From: an uncultured Candidatus Cloacimonadota bacterium
GTDB taxonomy: Bacteria; Cloacimonadota; Cloacimonadia; Cloacimonadales; CAYQPF01
DNA: 64,000 nucleotides
NCBI GenBank assembly: GCA_964419225.1
Contig: CAYQPF010000003.1
Location: forward strand, 37,523 to 101,522
Reading direction: 5' to 3'
Shown here: in pieces, positions 18,133-28,549 of the stretch
How positions within the stretch are numbered: position 1 is the stretch's first letter
Layout of the letters: the number at the start of each line of letters is the position of its first letter
The notes under the pieces: model-generated
Told to the model about the DNA's origin: nothing
Databases searched by the model: none
Seen by the model: only the letters and a program-made list of their open reading frames with translations
Made by a program: the position numbers and the translations under genes

Positions 18133-20931
18133 ATGAAAAAGATAAAATTAGGGATTCCACCCTTAGGAGACAGTTCCTGGCCGGGTGGGGTAAATTATGT
18201 TATAAATATAGTAAAAGCATTGCAAAGTAATAATAATAAAGAAGAAACTGAGTTATATTTTGTAATAGACAAAAATACCATAAAATCAATAAATTTGTAT
18301 GAAAGTATTCTCCCAGATTTCAGAAGAGTAATTTTTGTGGGCGACAAGAACCAGACAGCAGATAAATTATTTGGCAGCAAAGTCGTGTATTCAGAAGAAT
18401 TTAGTAAAATTTTTGACATAATAGATGTATATTTCCCAGTAAATTCAAATGTTATAGAAAGTGGTAACTGTATTTCATGGATTCCTGATTTCCAACACTT
18501 GTATTTACCTCAGTTCTTTTCTCCAGCAGAAATAGAACAAAGAAATGGATGGTTTGAAAAAATTGCCAACAAAGCTAAACTTACGGTATTCAGCAGTAGA
18601 AATAGTGAAGATGATTTTAATAAATTTTATCCCCAACACATTGGTAAAACAAAAGTTCTGAATTTTTATACAAAATTTGAAACTGATATTTTTAAGAATG
18701 ACCCGCACTTAATTGCAAAAAAATATTCTTTACCTGACAAATTTTTGATCAATTGTAATCAATTTTGGATACATAAGGATCATAAAACAGTGTTTGAAGC
18801 AATCGCAAAACTGAATAAACTGGGAATCAAGATGAACTTAGTCTGTACAGGCACAATGAAAGATTATCGTTTTATGGACTATTGTGATAACATAAAAAAA
18901 TACATTAATGAGTTGGGAATTGAGGACCAGGTTTTTCTTTTGGGATTAATCCCGCGAGATGACCAAATTCAGTTGATCAGAAAGAGCAGTGCGATAATAC
19001 AATCCTCCTGGTTTGAAGGTTGGAGCACAGTAGTTGAGGATGGCAGAGCTTTAGGTAAGATCATGATAATGTCTGATATCGGTGTTCATCTTGAGCAAAA
19101 TCCGGAATACGGCTTATATTTCAAAAAAGGCTCATCAGATGATTTAATCAAAGTACTTTCTGAAATATCCCTTGAATTACAATCTGGTCCTGATAAAATA
19201 GCTGAAGAACGGGCTTTTAAAATATCTGAGCAACTACAAAGCAAATTTGCAGACGAAATAATTGAAATATTGAAAGACACCCTTTGTCCTGAAGAGATTG
19301 ATTCAATTCAAAACAAGTATATGGAGTTAGAGAATTTTGCCCAAAAAGCTAACACACTTTTGGGTGATAAATTTAGACAAAAGACGTTAATGACTAATAG
19401 AGATTCAGATTTTGTACTCGCTACAAGTTTAAACCCTAAGGGTGGTGAGAATCAACTAAGGGCCTATAACAGTTGGGTTGACTTTGGATTTAAAGTATTA
19501 TCTTTCAACAATAAAAGTGAAATTACATTATTACAAGCACAGTTTCCCTCAGTTATCTTTTACGAAGTAACCCGTACAGCACAGGAGAAAGTAGGCAAAC
19601 CGTTGGTTTATTTAGATGACATTCTGAAAGAATTAAAAAAGCTTCCGAACAAGCATTTCGGATTTATCAATTCTGATATTGAGTTCAAACTTGCTTCAAT
19701 TGACAAAAAACTTTTAAAAGCCAAAATAGAAAAGCAACTATCTCAGGGTTTATTATATGCCCAGCGAATTGATATTGAAAATGAAATCGATGAAAATGGT
19801 ATTGAATACGATAAGGGTTATGATCTCTTTTGTTTTTCCAAGGAGACATTGGATAAATTATTTGGGTATGATTTTGTAATTGGTCTTCCCTGGTGGGATT
19901 ATTTCTTTCTCACCTCAGCAATATTGAATTCCATACCGATAACGAAAATTAGTTTTCCCACTATCTATCATATAAAGCATGAATTCTTTTATAATAAAGA
20001 TTTGTGGTATGAATATGCTGAAAAGCTCTTGGATTACATGAATGATCATATTCAGGATGAGACGATAAAATTAATCCGTAGCAAAAAGCAGTTAGGCAAA
20101 GATCAATATCAAAAGGCACTCTATGAGTTTAGTTTTGGGATAGTTGATCTGATTAAGCAAAATTCGTTATCTTTCAGTTCAGATGAGATTAAGAGTAAAA
20201 ACGATTCACAGTTTAATTATCTTAAAACAAGTTGGGATTTTTTTGGCAAGGAAGATCCTTTTTGGGCTGTCTTAACAGTACCCGAGAAGAAGGGCAATAA
20301 ATGGGATCCTGATGAATTCTATAAACACGGGCGAAACAGTATCAAAGGAGTTCTTAATCAACTTAATGAGATAGGCATAAAAATAACATTTAACAGTGCT
20401 CTGGATTTTGGTTGTGGAGCTGGCAGACTTAGTCAGGGTTTATCTCTCTACTTTGATCAGGTTTATGGTGTGGACATTTCCTTCTCAATGCTCGAGAAAG
20501 CAAATGAACATAATAAATTCGGTAAAAAGTGCCAGTATATTTTGAATACAAGAGATGATTTAAAAATCTTTCCCGATAATTCCCTGGATTTTATTATTTC
20601 AATTATTACCTTGCAACATATGAAACCTAAGTTTTCGCTTAGTTATCTGCGTGAGTTTATCAGAATTTTGAATGCAGGCGGAATTTTAGTATTTCAAATA
20701 CCTGGGAGAAGATTGGGTTATTCTGATGAGCAATGGAAGGAATTTAGAGAGAATCAGGATTCAGATTTGAATAAAAGTGGGCAGCCTAAGATGGAAATGA
20801 ACGGAATTGGCAAGGAAGAGTTGATTAAGCTTTTTGCTGAAAATAATTGCGAAGTATTAAAAGTGTTTGATGATGGCGGGTTAAATCCCCATTGGGAAAG
20901 CAATAATTATGTTGTTAAGAAGTTGTACTAA
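18133..20931 (+). CDS. Multidomain protein: GT4 glycosyltransferase + unassigned GT-A-like domain + class I methyltransferase
   Basis: PDFQH, NQFWIHKDH, FEGWSTVVED (GT4); FINSDI...GLPWWDY (middle domain); LDFGCGAGRL (MTase). Confidence 0.8.
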   Translation: MKKIKLGIPPLGDSSWPGGVNYVINIVKALQSNNNKEETELYFVIDKNTIKSINLYESILPDFRRVIFVGDKNQTADKLFGSKVVYSEEFSKIFDIIDVYFPVNSNVIESGNCISWIPDFQHLYLPQFFSPAEIEQRNGWFEKIANKAKLTVFSSRNSEDDFNKFYPQHIGKTKVLNFYTKFETDIFKNDPHLIAKKYSLPDKFLINCNQFWIHKDHKTVFEAIAKLNKLGIKMNLVCTGTMKDYRFMDYCDNIKKYINELGIEDQVFLLGLIPRDDQIQLIRKSSAIIQSSWFEGWSTVVEDGRALGKIMIMSDIGVHLEQNPEYGLYFKKGSSDDLIKVLSEISLELQSGPDKIAEERAFKISEQLQSKFADEIIEILKDTLCPEEIDSIQNKYMELENFAQKANTLLGDKFRQKTLMTNRDSDFVLATSLNPKGGENQLRAYNSWVDFGFKVLSFNNKSEITLLQAQFPSVIFYEVTRTAQEKVGKPLVYLDDILKELKKLPNKHFGFINSDIEFKLASIDKKLLKAKIEKQLSQGLLYAQRIDIENEIDENGIEYDKGYDLFCFSKETLDKLFGYDFVIGLPWWDYFFLTSAILNSIPITKISFPTIYHIKHEFFYNKDLWYEYAEKLLDYMNDHIQDETIKLIRSKKQLGKDQYQKALYEFSFGIVDLIKQNSLSFSSDEIKSKNDSQFNYLKTSWDFFGKEDPFWAVLTVPEKKGNKWDPDEFYKHGRNSIKGVLNQLNEIGIKITFNSALDFGCGAGRLSQGLSLYFDQVYGVDISFSMLEKANEHNKFGKKCQYILNTRDDLKIFPDNSLDFIISIITLQHMKPKFSLSYLREFIRILNAGGILVFQIPGRRLGYSDEQWKEFRENQDSDLNKSGQPKMEMNGIGKEELIKLFAENNCEVLKVFDDGGLNPHWESNNYVVKKLY

Positions 20932-20946
20932 TCCGGAGGTAATATA

Positions 20947-23900
20947 ATGGAAAGTAATAAAGCAAGATATTCTTTAACTGCAGCAAAATCTGAGATTCCA
21001 ATGCTTCCGAAAACAGAAGTGTCTCATACTAATTTTTTGAACCAATCAGTATCGATTATCCTTCCTACCAAAGATAGAGAAGAAGGTTTAAAAGCTGTTT
21101 TAGACAGTATTCCTCCTGCACTTGAAGGAATAGATTATGAAATAATTATTTGCCAGGATAAGCCCAATGAGACCACGGGCAGCATTTTGAAGAACTATAA
21201 AAACATAACAAAAGTAATATACGATAGTGAGATCTTTGCAGAAGGTCAGAAATTTTCCTGGGCGAAAATTATAAATTACGGATTTGCTCAAGCTAAGGGT
21301 GATTGGCTGGTTTTTGGAAGTGATGACATAGTTTTTTATCCTAAATCATTTCAAAACGCATTTAGAAAAATTAATAATGAATCCATTGGAGCTGTGAGTT
21401 TTTTACATAAGAACACAGTTGAAACTTATGGTGGTTTTTTTGATAATTACGGATATGACACTTTGAATGGTGATAAGATTTATATAAATTTTGGCATGAT
21501 CAAACGTAAGGCTTTTGAAAAAACTAATAAATTTGATGAAAAGTTTAAATTCTACTGGGCTGATGTAGATATTTGTATGCAGATCTGGAATTTGGGATTA
21601 ACAATAATAGCTTCCGAAGATTCTTTGGTTGATCATGTTAATATTTTGGATAAAGTTAAAACAGATAATAGTAATAAGGTGTTTTTAGATGATACCGAGT
21701 ATTTTTGCAGTAAGTGGCAGGATACCACATTATTTAAGGGAAGCAGTCCTCTTGAGAAAAAGAGATTTTTCTTGAAAGTAAAGGATCTTGAGACCATTAA
21801 AGATTCCTTACAAAGTCTTGATTCCAACCCTAAAAACAACAAATTCTTAATTGATGGAGTAATTTTTTATCTGCAAAGAAAGATATTCGGCGGAATAAGT
21901 GTTGTTTGGCAGAACTATTTAGAGAAAATAGCGAATTCAAATATTAAGGATCAATTCCTGCTTTTGGACCGTGAGAATACAGCACCGAGAATACCCGGAC
22001 TTAGAACAATATCAGGAAAATCGTATTCTGATGTGGGAAAAGAATCAAGATTTGAAGATGCTAAATACATTGATGAAATCTGCAGGCAAGAGGGGATCAC
22101 ACATTTCATATCAACTTACTACACTTATTCGCTTAGTTATAAAAATATCCTGATGTTACATGATTTTATACCTGAAGCATTAGGACATGATTTAAGCAAA
22201 AAAGCTTGGCCATCCAAAAAGGAAGCTATTCTCAATGGTAATTATTTTCTCTGCATTTCAGATAATACGAGAAAAGATTTTGCTAAATTCTATCCGCAAA
22301 AATATGATAAGAATAATGTATTTACAATATTCAATGGAGTTTCAGATATTTATAGACCTTGTTCGGAATTTGAGAAACTCAGTTTCAAAAGAAAGTATGG
22401 TTTAACAAAACCATTTTATGTGATTTGTGGTTATCGATCACCACATAAAAATGTAGGAGCTTTCCTCAAAGCGGTAAATTTAATAGATGATGCCAACAGC
22501 TTTGAAATCATCTTCAGTGGAGGTTCAGAGGAAATTGAAAAGGAATATTTACCTCTCCTTCAAGACTTAAATTACAGAAGATTTAATTTTCCCACCGAAG
22601 AGATGCCACTGCTTTATAATTGTGCTAACGCTCTTATATTTCTTTCTGACTATGAGGGTTTCGGACTGCCAATAGTTGAAGCACAAAAATCCGGGTGTCC
22701 TGTTATAACCTGTAGAAATTCATCGATTCCTGAAGTAGCAGGTGAAGCAGCGATATATGTGGATGGTAAAGATATCTTTGCGATAAAAAATGCTCTTCTT
22801 TCAATTAATGATGAAAGAATCAGAAGAATTATAATTGAAAAGGGCATGCAGCAGGCTGAGAATTTTTCCTGGGATAAGAGTTTTACCCGATTTAGAGAAA
22901 TAATGAGAGAATTTGGTTTATCTGATAATCAAAACCAACAAAAAGGAACAGTCGCCAATGCCGTGAATTTGTCTTTTGTGAACAAATCAAAAGACTACTG
23001 GGATGTGAGTGATTTGTATGAAGCTATGTTTACCAGAATTTATATTGACCCTTCTTTAAAGAACAAGACTCTTGATGAGCAAATAGATATCTGGAATAGA
23101 TCAGCTCAAAGCTCTGTAGATAAAATTCTCCAAAAAATACCTTATAAATCCAAGTGGAAAGCATTGGAAATTGGCTGTGGGATTGGAAGAATTATCAAGC
23201 CTCTAAGAGAAAAATTAGCGGTAGTAGATGGCGTTGATATTGCCCCTAATATGATTAAATTTGCTGAAGAATATTTGGGTACAGATGAAAGCAGAGGAAA
23301 GGTATTGGTCAATAACGGTTATGATTTAGCTGATCTCAAGGACAGGACTTATGATCTGGTATATTCGATGATTGTTTTTCAGCATATCAGATCTGCTTCG
23401 GTTGTGAAGAGTTATTTTAAAGAGATTAATCGAGTTTTACAGGATGATGGTTATTTAAGAATCCAAGTTTTTGATGACACCAAACCCGGCAGAGGCAAAT
23501 TTGATGAAGAAGCAATGTTCGGAATTGATTACGGTTTAATGGGTAATGGCTATAAACCGGAAGAATTTAGAAGTTTACTTGATCAGCATGGTTTTGAGAT
23601 AATAGATTTCGAATATGACTCACCCTGGTTATGGGCAACTTGTAAGAAGAAGATATCTGCTGAAATTATAAAGCAGGATATTCTGGTTTCAGCGATTGTC
23701 TCAACTTACAATGCTGAAGAATATATAGAAGGATGTTTGCAGGATTTAGTTGAGCAAACTTTGTTTAAATCAGGACAGCTTGAGATTGTTATTATCGACA
23801 GTGCTTCACCTCAGAACGAGAGAGCTATCGCAGAAAAGTTCCAAAATAAATATCCTAATATCAGATACGAAAGAACTCCTGAAAGAGAGACACTTTATAA

Positions 23901-26154
23901 AGCTTGGAACAGAGCAGTGAAACTTTCTCAGGGAAAATATATTACCAATGCGAATACAGATGACAGACATCGTTTTGATGCACTGGAAATAATGTCAAAG
24001 TATCTGGAAGCAAATCCTGATTGTGATCTGGTTTATACTAATTCCAAAATCAGCTATATTGCCAATGAGTCTTTTTCTGAGTGTGAAAGTAAGGATGTTT
24101 TAGTTAATTCAGAGTTTGATTCCAGAGAAACTCTTTTGCATTTCCAGTTTGGCCCTGCCCCAATGTGGAGAAAGAATGTTCATGATAAGATAGGTTATTT
24201 TAATGATAAATATATTGCAGTCGGCGATTACGATTTCAATATCAGGTTCGCGATTGCAGGTCTGAAAGCAAGATGGTTGAATGAAACCTTAACAATGTTC
24301 TATAAAAACCCTAATTCCATAACTTACTCTTTTTCTAATCAACAAAAGGAAAAACAGGATCTGCTGGCTAATTACCGAAATCCCAAAGTTTTGCTGGAAT
24401 TATACAAAACATACAGAACGGACTTAGCAGACAGAACTGCAATTTTAGATATTCTGCAGGATCAGGCTCTAAGATCCTTATCGTTCCACGTGCCTGGGAG
24501 TCCTAAAAAAGGGAAGGATGAACAGTATTTTTCACTTTTATGTGCTGAAAGTATAAAAGTACTTGAGAGCTCTCAAATTGCTCCAGAGAAAAAACTGGTA
24601 ATTTTAGTGGATTCCAATAATTTCTCCTTCATCTATGACTTCATTTTCTACCTGAAAAAACTGTCATTCGTATTAGTTCTTGATTCCAAAGATGATAAGC
24701 AATTACAATTTGCATATGATTGGGCAGATACAATATTCATTGAATGGATGCATAAGATAACTCAGTTATTTGCTCAACTCAAGAAAAAGCAAAGAATTAT
24801 CACCCGTTTGCATAGTCATGAAGCATATAAGAAATTTATCAAAACTACCAATTTAGAAAATATCGACTCTGCGGTGTTTGTTTCGGATATAATGGTGGAC
24901 TATCTCGAATCCATTGATATTGATATAAGGAACAAAACAAAAGTGCAGGTAATATCACCCGGGATAGATTTAGAAAAGTTTCCGTTCAAAAACAGAGTTC
25001 ATGGCTTTAATATGGCCTTTGTCGGACATTTGATTCAAACAAAAAATATAGCCTTCTTATTACAAATCCTGAAAATGCTTGTGAACAAAGATAAGCGTTA
25101 TCATTTACATCTCTTTGGTGAATTTGTTAATGATGAAGGAATTCCCGGGGAAGTGCCAAAAAGATATTTCCTGGATCAGATACAAAAACTGGGTTTGACA
25201 GACAATATTACTCTTTACGGTTATTTAGAGCATGACGAGCTTGTGCTGAAGATGGCTGATATTAATTATCTTCTCTCTACAAGTTACAGAGAAAGCTTAG
25301 GTCTGAATATTCTGGAAGCAATGGCTATGGGTATTATGCCTTTGATTCACAGCTGGCCTGGAGCAGAATCAATTTATCCGGAAGAACTTTTATTTAGTTA
25401 TTTTGAAGAAATCAATGATAAACTATGCTTAGACTATAATTCTCAGAAATACAGAGAATTTGTTGTACAGAAGCATAATGCTGTACTGAAAAACGCTGAG
25501 TTAGCATCACTCATTCTGGATCAACCTATAGCAGGGCCAGTATCTGAAGAGAAAGTCAATGTCTTTGATACCTGGTCATCTGCCTCTTTTACTCCTGAGA
25601 CCAAAGTAGAGGATGAATTAGCCGTTTTGCTGGAAATTGAAAAAATCCGTTTGGAAGATACACCAGTAAGAACAAAGGTAAACAAAACATTACAGTTAAC
25701 TGAAAAATATAGCAGCAGAAACTTGGATTTCTATTTAGATTTCCTCAAATTCAATCCCGATGATTTGGAAAACAGGTTAATGTTTAATTTATTTGATAAT
25801 GGCAGCAGTTTGAACTATATCTTGGCTGTAGAGTTTTTTGTAACCAATAATAGACTAATTGAAGCAGAGAATCTTCTTCAATATCAGATTGAACAGAGAG
25901 TGGAAAATTCTTATACCTGGCTGCAATTAGGAGAAATAGCCTTTGTTAAAGGTGATATTGAAACAGCCAGAAAGCACTTCAATAAGTCATTTGCCTTAAA
26001 TCCGTATTCAATTTCCTTATTGAATAATTTAGCAGTTTTACATTTTTATTTGAAGCAACCTGAAAAAGCTGCGGAATATGTAAATTTAGCCATAGAATAC
26101 TGTCCGAATTATCCGGATGCAATAAACAATAGAAATACTATTTTGAATATGTAA
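20947..26154 (+). CDS. Giant multidomain protein: GT2-GT4-MTase-GT2-GT4-TPR
   Basis: SIILPTKDR/GSDD (GT2); YEGFGLPIVEAQKSGCPV (GT4); LEIGCGIGR (MTase); SAIVSTYN/NANTDD (GT2); ESLGLNILEAMAMG (GT4); C-terminal TPRs (LNNLAVLHF, YPDAINN). Confidence 0.85.
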   Translation: MESNKARYSLTAAKSEIPMLPKTEVSHTNFLNQSVSIILPTKDREEGLKAVLDSIPPALEGIDYEIIICQDKPNETTGSILKNYKNITKVIYDSEIFAEGQKFSWAKIINYGFAQAKGDWLVFGSDDIVFYPKSFQNAFRKINNESIGAVSFLHKNTVETYGGFFDNYGYDTLNGDKIYINFGMIKRKAFEKTNKFDEKFKFYWADVDICMQIWNLGLTIIASEDSLVDHVNILDKVKTDNSNKVFLDDTEYFCSKWQDTTLFKGSSPLEKKRFFLKVKDLETIKDSLQSLDSNPKNNKFLIDGVIFYLQRKIFGGISVVWQNYLEKIANSNIKDQFLLLDRENTAPRIPGLRTISGKSYSDVGKESRFEDAKYIDEICRQEGITHFISTYYTYSLSYKNILMLHDFIPEALGHDLSKKAWPSKKEAILNGNYFLCISDNTRKDFAKFYPQKYDKNNVFTIFNGVSDIYRPCSEFEKLSFKRKYGLTKPFYVICGYRSPHKNVGAFLKAVNLIDDANSFEIIFSGGSEEIEKEYLPLLQDLNYRRFNFPTEEMPLLYNCANALIFLSDYEGFGLPIVEAQKSGCPVITCRNSSIPEVAGEAAIYVDGKDIFAIKNALLSINDERIRRIIIEKGMQQAENFSWDKSFTRFREIMREFGLSDNQNQQKGTVANAVNLSFVNKSKDYWDVSDLYEAMFTRIYIDPSLKNKTLDEQIDIWNRSAQSSVDKILQKIPYKSKWKALEIGCGIGRIIKPLREKLAVVDGVDIAPNMIKFAEEYLGTDESRGKVLVNNGYDLADLKDRTYDLVYSMIVFQHIRSASVVKSYFKEINRVLQDDGYLRIQVFDDTKPGRGKFDEEAMFGIDYGLMGNGYKPEEFRSLLDQHGFEIIDFEYDSPWLWATCKKKISAEIIKQDILVSAIVSTYNAEEYIEGCLQDLVEQTLFKSGQLEIVIIDSASPQNERAIAEKFQNKYPNIRYERTPERETLYKAWNRAVKLSQGKYITNANTDDRHRFDALEIMSKYLEANPDCDLVYTNSKISYIANESFSECESKDVLVNSEFDSRETLLHFQFGPAPMWRKNVHDKIGYFNDKYIAVGDYDFNIRFAIAGLKARWLNETLTMFYKNPNSITYSFSNQQKEKQDLLANYRNPKVLLELYKTYRTDLADRTAILDILQDQALRSLSFHVPGSPKKGKDEQYFSLLCAESIKVLESSQIAPEKKLVILVDSNNFSFIYDFIFYLKKLSFVLVLDSKDDKQLQFAYDWADTIFIEWMHKITQLFAQLKKKQRIITRLHSHEAYKKFIKTTNLENIDSAVFVSDIMVDYLESIDIDIRNKTKVQVISPGIDLEKFPFKNRVHGFNMAFVGHLIQTKNIAFLLQILKMLVNKDKRYHLHLFGEFVNDEGIPGEVPKRYFLDQIQKLGLTDNITLYGYLEHDELVLKMADINYLLSTSYRESLGLNILEAMAMGIMPLIHSWPGAESIYPEELLFSYFEEINDKLCLDYNSQKYREFVVQKHNAVLKNAELASLILDQPIAGPVSEEKVNVFDTWSSASFTPETKVEDELAVLLEIEKIRLEDTPVRTKVNKTLQLTEKYSSRNLDFYLDFLKFNPDDLENRLMFNLFDNGSSLNYILAVEFFVTNNRLIEAENLLQYQIEQRVENSYTWLQLGEIAFVKGDIETARKHFNKSFALNPYSISLLNNLAVLHFYLKQPEKAAEYVNLAIEYCPNYPDAINNRNTILNM

Positions 26155-26197
26155 TAATTCCTTTTTCGGAAACAATAAATTTTCCAAGGGGCAAATC

Positions 26198-28537
26198 ATG
26201 TATAACATCCTTTATCTGGCATATATAGAACCAAAATACAAACAGCTTCATACTAAGATCAATGGTCAGGTTGAAGCTCTCAAAGAGCTTGGCCATACTG
26301 TCAGTGCATTTATAATCGGCAGAAATTATCCTGCGGATTTTCCTTTTAATCCCAATTTTAAGATTATGGATACTGCCCAAACTGCAGAGAAAAGGCACGA
26401 AATAGTAGTGAAACTGATAGAAATGACTAATCCGGACATGATCTATTTCCGTTATCCGAACGGGTATAAAAATGTATTGGAACCTCTTATTCCAGTTTTA
26501 AAGAAATATCCTAAAGTAATCTTTGAACATAATACCAGAGAAGAGGATGAACTCGAGCATAACCAGCAATGGGAAATTCTGGAACAGGAAAAGAGCTGGG
26601 GCCGGCAACTGATTACATATGCAAAAGGTTTGGTCGGCTGTTTCCCCTCAGCTACACAACATCAGATTGAGAGAGCTCCTGATCTTAAAATTCCTACAAT
26701 TACAATAGGTAACGGTCTTAAGGTGGCAGATTATCCTGAAGCCCGTCAACCAGTTCTTGAAAAGGAACTCAATGTATTATTTTCGGGATACATCGCCAGG
26801 CATCACGGCTTGGAAAGAGCATTTGCCGGTATTTATGAGAATCCTGAGTTAAACATTAATCTATACATTGTAGGCAAATTCTTTGATAAAGATTATGAGC
26901 AGGCCAGTTTAACTCTGGTTGATCGATTGAATCTGAATAATAAAGTACATTTTCTGGGAGAATTGAATAAGCAGGAATTGAATCCCTGGTTTGACAAATG
27001 TCATATCTGTATTGGTTCTCTTGGTATGCACAGACTAAGCACCAAAGACGGTGCCAGCCTAAAAACAAGAGAATACCTTTCCCGGGGAAAAGCGATTATC
27101 ATGGACCATGAAGATCCAGATCTATCGCCAGATCTTTCCTTTATATACAGAATTCAAGGTGATGAATCTCCCTTGGATTTCAAGGATATTTATCATTTCA
27201 TCAAGAATGCTGATCTCTCCCCTCAGATCATAAGAGAATATGCTCTGCAACATTGTGACTGGAAAGGTAAGATGCAAAGACTGGTCAACTTCATGGAGTC
27301 GTGTATTTTTCCAGCTAAACAAATTGTTACAACAAAGAATATCCCAAATCAAACCAAAGATCAATATACAGTACTACTCACTCTCAATGATGATTATGAT
27401 GCCAATTACCTATGTCTGCAAGCGTTAACAGAGAATACTTTATTTGATGAGAATACAAAATTAATTATTCTGAAAGAATCATCTACTCAACGGAATAACT
27501 ATTTGATCGGTTGTGCAGCCAACTTTGCTCAGATAATTAGCATCACTTCTCCCCTATCCCCTGAGGAAAAGATTAATAAATTTGTAACACCAGACAGAAA
27601 AACAATAGATCTCAATAATACATTCCGTGCCTATCCAAATTGGTTAGAGCAACAACCTGTTTTAGAACCTTTACCTGAAACTATATCTAATAACGACTCC
27701 CGGGCTTTTTGTAATAGACAGGACTTTGATGCATATCAACTTCAATGCCGTGAAGAAAGACTTGCAGTGGAAAGGTATTTTGCAACTCAGAATCTTAAAA
27801 ATGAACAATTCTTTAGTGTAGGTTACTGTGAATATTGTCATCAACCAGTTAACTTTATGATAGACTGGATTTTGAATTATGACAATGTCCCCGGCTACAG
27901 AGAAAGGTTGATCTGCCCAGTCTGTGGTATGTCTGCCCGAAAAAGAATGGTGGCGTCACATCTTATTAAACAGACAAAAAATCTTAAGTCCAAGCCGAAA
28001 GTCTTTTGTTTCGAGCAGAAGAGTAAATTCTTTAAGATGCTTCTGCAGGATCATGGTTCCAGCATGGATTTGATCGGGAGTGAATATCTTGAGGATAACA
28101 TTGCCAGCGGTACAATTGTTAATGGATTGAGACATGAAGACGCTTCAAATCTCAGTTTTCAAAACTCTGAGCTTGATTTCATCTTGTCAAATGATGTCTT
28201 TGAACATGTACCGGATATTCATAAAGCAATCTCAGAATGTTACAGAGTTTTGAAAAAGGGCGGGAAGCTCATTTTCACTATTCCGTTCCGTTGGGATCAG
28301 GATAAAACTTTTGCCCGGGCAACAATAGAAAACGGTGTTATTAAACATTTGACCCAACCTCACTACCATAAAGATCCTCTCCGCAAAGAAGGGTCTCTGG
28401 TATTTTATGAATATGGTTGGGATCTTCTTGAATTCCTTAAAAGTGCCGGATTTAAAGCATACATTAAAGATTATTATGACTTTCTCTACGGATATTATGG
28501 AGATGCCATGAATTTGCTCTTCATTGCCGAAAAATAA
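26198..28537 (+). CDS. GT4 glycosyltransferase + degenerate GT2-like segment + Zn-ribbon/class I methyltransferase
   Basis: SLKTREYLSRG (GT4); CEYC...CPVC; LSNDVFEHV, VLKKGGKLIFTIP (MTase). Confidence 0.8.
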   Translation: MYNILYLAYIEPKYKQLHTKINGQVEALKELGHTVSAFIIGRNYPADFPFNPNFKIMDTAQTAEKRHEIVVKLIEMTNPDMIYFRYPNGYKNVLEPLIPVLKKYPKVIFEHNTREEDELEHNQQWEILEQEKSWGRQLITYAKGLVGCFPSATQHQIERAPDLKIPTITIGNGLKVADYPEARQPVLEKELNVLFSGYIARHHGLERAFAGIYENPELNINLYIVGKFFDKDYEQASLTLVDRLNLNNKVHFLGELNKQELNPWFDKCHICIGSLGMHRLSTKDGASLKTREYLSRGKAIIMDHEDPDLSPDLSFIYRIQGDESPLDFKDIYHFIKNADLSPQIIREYALQHCDWKGKMQRLVNFMESCIFPAKQIVTTKNIPNQTKDQYTVLLTLNDDYDANYLCLQALTENTLFDENTKLIILKESSTQRNNYLIGCAANFAQIISITSPLSPEEKINKFVTPDRKTIDLNNTFRAYPNWLEQQPVLEPLPETISNNDSRAFCNRQDFDAYQLQCREERLAVERYFATQNLKNEQFFSVGYCEYCHQPVNFMIDWILNYDNVPGYRERLICPVCGMSARKRMVASHLIKQTKNLKSKPKVFCFEQKSKFFKMLLQDHGSSMDLIGSEYLEDNIASGTIVNGLRHEDASNLSFQNSELDFILSNDVFEHVPDIHKAISECYRVLKKGGKLIFTIPFRWDQDKTFARATIENGVIKHLTQPHYHKDPLRKEGSLVFYEYGWDLLEFLKSAGFKAYIKDYYDFLYGYYGDAMNLLFIAEK

Positions 28538-28549
28538 GTGAGGTAAAAC

